Positions 58,229 through 64,000 of a DNA stretch of 64,000 nucleotides are shown here, one piece after another (within the stretch, counting starts at the first letter, position 1; each line of letters starts with the position of its first letter). Position numbers and translations under genes: made by a program. Source of the stretch: Candidatus Magasanikbacteria bacterium CG10_big_fil_rev_8_21_14_0_10_47_10 (GTDB taxonomy: Bacteria > Patescibacteriota > Patescibacteriia > Magasanikbacterales > UBA922). The notes under the pieces were generated by a model. The model was given only the letters and a program-made list of their open reading frames with translations, ran no database searches and had not been told where the DNA came from. The stretch is taken from NCBI GenBank assembly GCA_002773135.1, contig PFCB01000023.1, positions 1,018 through 65,017 on the forward strand, written 5' to 3'.

Positions 58229-58257
58229 AGTATAACACAATTTGTGTTTTTTGTCAA
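58229..58257 (-). promoter_or_regulatory. Perfect sigma70 consensus promoter TTGACA-N17-TATACT driving the four-gene cluster on the minus strand
   Basis: The reverse complement of 58229-58257 reads TTGACA aaaaacacaaattgtgt TATACT. Confidence 0.55.
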
Positions 58258-58269
58258 TAGCCGCGATCC

Positions 58270-58297
58270 TTGATTATTTCAAATATTTTGCTATACT
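58270..58297 (+). promoter_or_regulatory. Promoter for miaB: TTGATT-N16-TATACT
   Basis: TTGATT at 58270-58275 and TATACT at 58292-58297. Divergent from the cluster promoter. Confidence 0.45.
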
Positions 58298-58307
58298 CAG
58301 ACAAAAT

Positions 58308-59645
58308 ATGTCGCAATTGCCCACACCGCATCAGTATCAGATTCTCACATTCGGGTGCCAAATGAACAAAAATGACTCGGAGCGACTCGAGTCTATTTTT
58401 CGTGGTATGAATATGCTACCAACAGATTCATCTGAAAATGCGGACGTTATCATCATGAACAGCTGCTCTGTCCGCCAAAAGGCAGAGGATAAAATGTATG
58501 GCATGGCCAGAAATTTTGCCCATCTCAAAAAAAGGAAGCCGAATTTGATCGTGGGCATAACCGGCTGTATGCCCGGACGAGACGCCGATGGACGCATGAA
58601 GAAAAAATTGCAAGGGGTTGACCTTTTTTTTCCAACCCAGGATATGGTCTTCTTACCCAAATGGCTTGGCGAATTGAACCCTTCCATGCGCATGATGGAA
58701 GACTTGGATAAAGATTATCTTGCATTGCGACCAACCATTCAAAAAAAATCCCAGGCCTTTGTTACACTTCAAACAGGATGCAACCATTTTTGCACCTACT
58801 GCGTTGTTCCATTTGCGCGCGGACTGGAGCGAAACAGACCGCTGCGACACATATTGGATGAAGCAAATCATTTGGCTCGCGGCGGATGCGTTGAAATTAC
58901 GCTGCTTGGACAAATTGTGAATCACTACATTGCGCCGGATCCACGGCATTGGAGCACGCAAAACCCGTATGTACAAAGTGATTTTGCCAGACTCTTGTGG
59001 GAAATCAACCAAATAGATGGCATTGAGCGCATCCACTGGACTGCGCCACACCCCATCTTTATGACCGACGAAGTCATCGACGCGCTGACATTGCCAAAAC
59101 AAGTTAATTTTTTGCACCTTCCCGTACAATCGGGCAGTAATGCGGTGCTCAAACGCATGAACAGACGGCACACGCGCGAGATGTATATTGATTTAATAGC
59201 CACCATACGGGAAAAAATACCGCATATCGCTCTTGGCACGGATATCATTGTGGGATTTTGCGGTGAAACAAAGGAACAGTTTGAAGAGACGGTCGACCTG
59301 TACAAAACATGCAATTTTGATATATCATACACTGCCCAGTACTCCACGAGATCCGGAACCCTGGCAAAAAAAATCTTTCATGATGACGTTTCTCGAGATG
59401 AAAAAAAACGCAGATGGTGGGTTTTGCAGAAAATCATGGAAGAGACCGTCCTTAAAAAAAATCAGTTGTTTGTAGACTCAACAGTGTCTGTCATGGTAGA
59501 AGAATGCAGCGCCGGTTGGTGCACGGGCAACTCAAACGAAATGAAACGCGTACGATTTAAGGGCGATCCGCCGCTTGTCGGCAGTATTGTACCGGTTCAA
59601 ATATTTAAAGCAGAAGAGTGGATGCTGCATGGGATAAAAAATTAG
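58308..59645 (+). CDS. miaB: tRNA-i6A37 methylthiotransferase (MiaB-like radical SAM; RimO not excluded)
   Basis: N-terminal MTTase Cys residues (FGCQMN...SC), radical-SAM CNHFCTYC and a C-terminal TRAM domain. Adjacent to miaA. Start placed at MSQLPTPHQYQ. Confidence 0.8.
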   Translation: MSQLPTPHQYQILTFGCQMNKNDSERLESIFRGMNMLPTDSSENADVIIMNSCSVRQKAEDKMYGMARNFAHLKKRKPNLIVGITGCMPGRDADGRMKKKLQGVDLFFPTQDMVFLPKWLGELNPSMRMMEDLDKDYLALRPTIQKKSQAFVTLQTGCNHFCTYCVVPFARGLERNRPLRHILDEANHLARGGCVEITLLGQIVNHYIAPDPRHWSTQNPYVQSDFARLLWEINQIDGIERIHWTAPHPIFMTDEVIDALTLPKQVNFLHLPVQSGSNAVLKRMNRRHTREMYIDLIATIREKIPHIALGTDIIVGFCGETKEQFEETVDLYKTCNFDISYTAQYSTRSGTLAKKIFHDDVSRDEKKRRWWVLQKIMEETVLKKNQLFVDSTVSVMVEECSAGWCTGNSNEMKRVRFKGDPPLVGSIVPVQIFKAEEWMLHGIKN

Positions 59646-59687
59646 GGAAAGTGGCAATCCCAACTTCTGACTCCTTTTCATACCGAC

Positions 59688-60632
59688 ATGACCGAAAAAA
59701 TATTGCCAAAAGTCATTGTTATCGCGGGACCCACTGCATCCGGAAAGAGCGAGTGGAGTTTACAATTGGCAAAAAAAATAAATGCCGAGATCATTTGTGC
59801 CGATTCCAGGCAAGTATACAAAAAAATGGATATCGGAACGGCAAAAATTCGCGGCGAATGGGAATGGCGCGCCAACTGGCGCGGATTGCGTCACTCGTAT
59901 TTTGTGGATGATATCCATCATCACCTTATTGATTTTGTGGACCCCGGCAAACGGTTTACCGTAGCAGAATTTCGCGACAGGGCGATAAAGTATATCAAGC
60001 TGGCCTACAAAAACGATCGTATTCCCATGGTTGTGGGTGGAACCGGGTTGTACATTTCCGCGCTTATCAACAATTTTCATATCCCGCGCATTCCGCCAAA
60101 TACCAAACTCAGAAACAGCTTGGAAGATAAAACAAATGAACAACTGATGCAGCTGCTCTCAACACTGGACCCCGTGACCGCCGCGACAATAGATGCCCAC
60201 AACACACGGCGCATCATTCGCGCGCTTGAGGTTTGCATTCTCACCGGGGAACCGTTTTCGGGGCAGCGCGACCAGGGAGAATCCATGTTCAACTTTTTGC
60301 AGGTTGGCGTGCAGGTGGATAGAAACGTGCTGTACGACCGGATTGAGATGCGCGTGGACAAAATGATTGAACGGGGTCTGGTGCAAGAAATTGAAGGACT
60401 TCTCAAGCAAAAATATAGCTGGGAGCTGCCCAGCATGAGCGGCATTGGATATAAGCAATTCAAACACTACTTTGAAGGAACAAAAACGCTAGAAGAGGCC
60501 ACCGCCGCGCTCAAGCGCGATACGCGCCAATACGCAAGACGGCAGCTCACCTGGTTTCGCAAGGACAGCAATATGGAATGGCTTGATACGTATGATGACC
60601 TGGAACGCAGAGCCCTTGATTTTCTTGGATGA
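59688..60632 (+). CDS. miaA: tRNA dimethylallyltransferase
   Basis: P-loop GPTASGKS and the CADSRQVYKKMDIGTAK motif. Confidence 0.85.
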   Translation: MTEKILPKVIVIAGPTASGKSEWSLQLAKKINAEIICADSRQVYKKMDIGTAKIRGEWEWRANWRGLRHSYFVDDIHHHLIDFVDPGKRFTVAEFRDRAIKYIKLAYKNDRIPMVVGGTGLYISALINNFHIPRIPPNTKLRNSLEDKTNEQLMQLLSTLDPVTAATIDAHNTRRIIRALEVCILTGEPFSGQRDQGESMFNFLQVGVQVDRNVLYDRIEMRVDKMIERGLVQEIEGLLKQKYSWELPSMSGIGYKQFKHYFEGTKTLEEATAALKRDTRQYARRQLTWFRKDSNMEWLDTYDDLERRALDFLG

Positions 60633-60678
60633 ATGAAACTGTGCTATAGTTGAGTAGTAGAATTGTTTACATTGATAT

Positions 60679-61344
60679 ATGCCAGGAACACTCCCACCGG
60701 TTCTTCCCGGATCATCATCACCAAGTAGCGCCCCCAAAATTTCAGCGGGCGGTTGGGGTCGCGCGCAAGATCTATCCACGGCCAAGCTGGACCAGTACAA
60801 AGAGCGCGATCAGGCCAGAGTATCTATTGGCCAAGTTATATCGGGCAGCACCGGAAATCAAAAATCAACCTCTGTGTTTCACCCGGGCGGCGCGCCGGAG
60901 GACGCTGCGCTCACATCTATCACGCACGCGGGAGAGGCGCGGACATCCATCAATAGGCCGGACGAGGCGCAAGAACAGGAGCGGGCCGACCAGCGCAGAT
61001 ACGGCTTTATGCGCAGGATGATCAAGCAGCGGCAGCAGGAAGAAGCTGATTCGTCAGGATTAAAGGCCGGAACCGGTAGCGCCTTTACAAAAAAAGGTTT
61101 TACCAAGAAACTCAGGCATTTGGTCTTGTCAGATAAAGACAAATACAAGAATATTTCACAAAAGGACAGGGCATACTTTGGATCATTGGTTGAACGACAT
61201 GCCAAAACAAAGTCAACCGGCGCCGGATACAGCGTGGGCGACAAAAAACGCATGCGCCTGCAAATAGGTCGTGATGCAAGAGCCGGAAAAATTTCTCGCG
61301 AGGACGCAAAAGACTTTAAAAATATTGTTGATACGATGAAGTAG
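60679..61344 (+). CDS. Hypothetical protein, Ser/Pro-rich N-terminus and Lys/Arg-rich C-terminal half
   Basis: 221 aa. No recognised family. Confidence 0.45.
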   Translation: MPGTLPPVLPGSSSPSSAPKISAGGWGRAQDLSTAKLDQYKERDQARVSIGQVISGSTGNQKSTSVFHPGGAPEDAALTSITHAGEARTSINRPDEAQEQERADQRRYGFMRRMIKQRQQEEADSSGLKAGTGSAFTKKGFTKKLRHLVLSDKDKYKNISQKDRAYFGSLVERHAKTKSTGAGYSVGDKKRMRLQIGRDARAGKISREDAKDFKNIVDTMK

Positions 61345-61474
61345 ACGAAAAAAAAGTTGCCTATCAAAAACCCGGCCATCACGGTCGGGTTTTTTATATA
61401 ATGCATGATTGATTCTCTTTGTGGCGTCTTCTATTTACCGTAGTCTGGAGATCGACATTCGCCGACCGCAGGTA

Positions 61475-63217
61475 CTACCGCCTCCCACGAATTTCTTCAA
61501 GAACACGCTCGATAAAAACTTTCCGCGTCATTCCTGTCTGTTCCTCTTGCCCGCGCACGCGGACGGTCAGTTCATCGCCGCCAAGCTCTTTGTCCCCTAT
61601 CACCAGTCCGTATGGAATTTTCAACGTAGCCGCCCTGCGAATCTTTTTCCCGACGGTTTCATCTGCAGCATCCAGCTCAGCACGAATTCCCACGGCCCGC
61701 AGTTCGTGCAAAAGCACACGCGCTCCATCCAAATGTTTGTCTGTCGATACGGGAATAAGCTGCACCTGGACAGGCGCCACCCACGTTGGAAATGCGCCGG
61801 CATGGTGCTCAATCAGTATGGACATAAATCGCTCAATGGAACCCATAATAGCGGCATGAATCATCACAATGCGCTCGTCCGATCCTTCTTCATTTACGCA
61901 CGTCAGATCAAAGCGCTCCGGCATATTGATATCAAGCTGTATGGTAGCCACTTGCCACTCACGCCCTATGGAGTCTTTTGTCATAAAGTCCACCTTTGGC
62001 CCATAAAACGCAGCCTCCCCAATCTGTTCCACATAATTCGCCCCTCTGTGCTTGGCAATATTTCTCAACGCGTTTTCCGCGTCATTCCAGAGCCGTGCGT
62101 CTCCCAAATACGCCTCAACATTATCCGGATCATGTAGCGATAGACGCACGGATAATTCGTTAAAACCAACCGCCTTGTAGAAAATATCAATAATATCCCA
62201 TACCTTTAAAAACTCTTCCTCTACCTGGGACTGCCGGCAAAACACATGCGCGTCATCCTGCGTAAATGACCGCACACGAGAAAGGCCATGCAATTCTCCT
62301 GTTTGCTCATCTCTATAACACATGGTGGTATTAGCATACCGCTGAGGCAGCTCCCGGTAACTCCACTCTTTTCTATCATAAATTTGCGTATGATGCGGAC
62401 AGTTCATGGGCTTCATGGCAAATTCATGTCCCTCACGGGTGGTGATTCGAAACAACTGATCTGAAAATTTTTGCCAGTGACCACTCACCTCATACAAATC
62501 CTTTTTTGTAATGTGCGGAATTTCAACGCGATCATAGCCACGCTCCTGCCTGAGCTCCCAAACATATGCGTCAAGCAGCAGGCGCATTATGGTGCCCCGC
62601 GGTGTCCATAGCGGCAGTCCTGAGCCAACCAAATCGGAAAACGTAAACAAATCCAATTCTTTCCCCAATTTTCTGTGATCGCGCTTTTTTGCTTCCTCCA
62701 GCATGTACAGATGCGCATCCAATTCATCTTTGGTCACAAAACACGTCCCGTATATACGGGTCAGCATTTTATTTTTTTCATCGCCGCGCCAGTATGCGCC
62801 AGCAATAGAAAGCAATTTAAAATGCTGCAACTCGCGGCTCGGATTTTCGCAGTGACCACCACGACACAAATCAGTAAAATGACCGGATGTGTAAGCTGTT
62901 AATGTTTTGTCTTCCCCTGCAAACTCATCAATAAGCTCATGTTTGAACTCATTTCCCGCAAACAAATCTTTTGCCTCCCCCACTGTCAGCTCTTTGCGTT
63001 CAAACCCTTTCCATTCTTTGACCAACTGGCGCATTCTTTTTTCTATTTTTGGCAAATCATTTTCAGATAACACCGTGTCGCCAAAGTCAAAATCATAATA
63101 AAATCCATTTTCAATTGGTGGTCCAATTGTCCGTTTCGCGTGCGGATACAAATCCATGACTGCGGCTGCCAGCAGGTGCGCGCAGGAGTGGCGAAGATTG
63201 TGTAGTGATTCTTCCAT
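61475..63217 (-). CDS. thrS: Threonyl-tRNA synthetase, short form lacking the N-terminal TGS domain
   Basis: Second additional domain HxxxH...CxH zinc motif (LRHSCAHLLAAAV), class II aaRS motifs and the anticodon-binding domain. Confidence 0.9.
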   Translation of the reverse strand: MEESLHNLRHSCAHLLAAAVMDLYPHAKRTIGPPIENGFYYDFDFGDTVLSENDLPKIEKRMRQLVKEWKGFERKELTVGEAKDLFAGNEFKHELIDEFAGEDKTLTAYTSGHFTDLCRGGHCENPSRELQHFKLLSIAGAYWRGDEKNKMLTRIYGTCFVTKDELDAHLYMLEEAKKRDHRKLGKELDLFTFSDLVGSGLPLWTPRGTIMRLLLDAYVWELRQERGYDRVEIPHITKKDLYEVSGHWQKFSDQLFRITTREGHEFAMKPMNCPHHTQIYDRKEWSYRELPQRYANTTMCYRDEQTGELHGLSRVRSFTQDDAHVFCRQSQVEEEFLKVWDIIDIFYKAVGFNELSVRLSLHDPDNVEAYLGDARLWNDAENALRNIAKHRGANYVEQIGEAAFYGPKVDFMTKDSIGREWQVATIQLDINMPERFDLTCVNEEGSDERIVMIHAAIMGSIERFMSILIEHHAGAFPTWVAPVQVQLIPVSTDKHLDGARVLLHELRAVGIRAELDAADETVGKKIRRAATLKIPYGLVIGDKELGGDELTVRVRGQEEQTGMTRKVFIERVLEEIRGRR

Positions 63218-63364
63218 ATGGATAAATAAGGAGAAAAAAAACCCCGAGACAAAGCACAGGCGGTCGGCCTTCTCTCCCTAGACACTCGCTTTGGATGGTG
63301 TGGCTTTTGTCATCGCATCACATGAACAGAGTGAACGTACCACGGTGCCAATACACTGTCAATG

Positions 63365-63988
63365 CTATTCAACCTCGGTCACAATGACATCAACATGATC
63401 GTGAATCTGCGGGACAGTACGCATCCACGCGGGATGAAGCTCTACGTCAACCCCGTTCACATGATCCAACGACAGCAAATACCGTCTCACCTCATCCTTT
63501 GTTTTGCCAAAAAATAATGGTTTTTCTATTTGCTTACTCTCCGGATTCAGTGTGACAATGCCATCGTAAAAAACCTGCACTCGCGCTGTCCCTTTTTCAG
63601 CGTCGTAGTCACCAAATGTAACGGTCGGCTCCCGCGAACCGGGACGGACATATTCAGCATCGGAAATGGCCCGCTTATCCAGCTGCTGAGAAGACCACTC
63701 CAATATGGTCTGCGGACTATAAAAGACACCGACCATTTTTGCGGTTCCCTTAATCGTAAACTCGGGAACTTCCTTTCCAATAAGGTCAGCGCTATCATCC
63801 ACCTGCAACTGAGAAATACCGTAAACCGCTGATGATTCCGGATGGTTGCCTTGTGCCCCCGTCTTACCTTTTTCAAGAAGATCCGCCTTCAGCTGCTCGG
63901 CCGCCTCGTCAATATCCGCCTGGCTAACCACGCCCACTGACCGAACGCCGCCGGCCATAGGCGCCCCACTCGTCGCATATACCTCCAA
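63365..63988 (-). CDS. Hypothetical protein; may be truncated at the window end
   Basis: 207 aa ORF whose first Met lies 12 nt from the window end, so the N-terminus may extend beyond it. No recognised family. Confidence 0.45.
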   Translation of the reverse strand: MEVYATSGAPMAGGVRSVGVVSQADIDEAAEQLKADLLEKGKTGAQGNHPESSAVYGISQLQVDDSADLIGKEVPEFTIKGTAKMVGVFYSPQTILEWSSQQLDKRAISDAEYVRPGSREPTVTFGDYDAEKGTARVQVFYDGIVTLNPESKQIEKPLFFGKTKDEVRRYLLSLDHVNGVDVELHPAWMRTVPQIHDHVDVIVTEVE

Positions 63989-64000
63989 CCGTCTTGATTC

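Noticed and set aside
63218-63364. T-box riboswitch in the thrS leader
   Set aside because: The leader is only ~147 nt. There is no convincing T-box consensus (AATTAGGGTGGNACCGCG) and no clean terminator or antiterminator pair, just a weak GTGGTAC resemblance.

Overview
This 64 kb window reads as a small-genome, streamlined bacterium, consistent with a CPR/Patescibacteria-like lineage. The background GC is moderate (roughly mid-40s %), coding density is high, and many proteins are hypothetical. I called about 75 CDS and two tRNA-Leu genes; there is no rRNA, CRISPR array, transposase or integrase.

Recognisable blocks, in order:
- tRNA-Leu / NUDIX / RNase J.
- A peptide-type ABC substrate-binding protein, then secG and rpmE.
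- prfA, then a GDSL hydrolase and a PAS protein, then prmC.
- HAD / NUDIX / M24 peptidase.
- A complete oxidative pentose-phosphate operon: tal-grx-pgi/pmi-gnd-zwf-pgl.
- rplY / SEDS (RodA/FtsW) / gyrB.
- secE-nusG-rplK, then ldh and a DUF333+Kazal lipoprotein, then rplA.
- A large deoxynucleotide/thymidylate module: DNPH1-like, TrmB-like regulator, GC-rich dUTPase-like, HD 5'-deoxynucleotidase, dCMP deaminase, P-loop kinase, dut, thyA, folA, tmk.
- gatB, an acyltransferase, a CodA-like amidohydrolase, argH, pyrD-pyrK-pyrE-pyrF.
- A four-gene cluster of large acidic low-complexity proteins of unknown function.
- miaB-miaA, thrS.

Findings worth a second look:
- Four sharply GC-rich islands (~9.42-9.93 kb, ~29.65-30.2 kb, ~35.8-36.45 kb, ~37.29-38.70 kb) sit in the lower-GC background. 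They carry genes with strong GC3 bias. The last island is bounded by an imperfect 25-27 bp direct repeat and by copies of a palindrome, CCTGCCGGCAGG.
- The same palindrome occurs inside a degenerate split tRNA-like sequence that brackets tRNA-Leu(CAG).
- The four-gene unknown cluster is driven by a perfect TTGACA-N17-TATACT promoter with a terminator-like hairpin in its leader.
- A TATACT -10 hexamer recurs at several promoters in the window.
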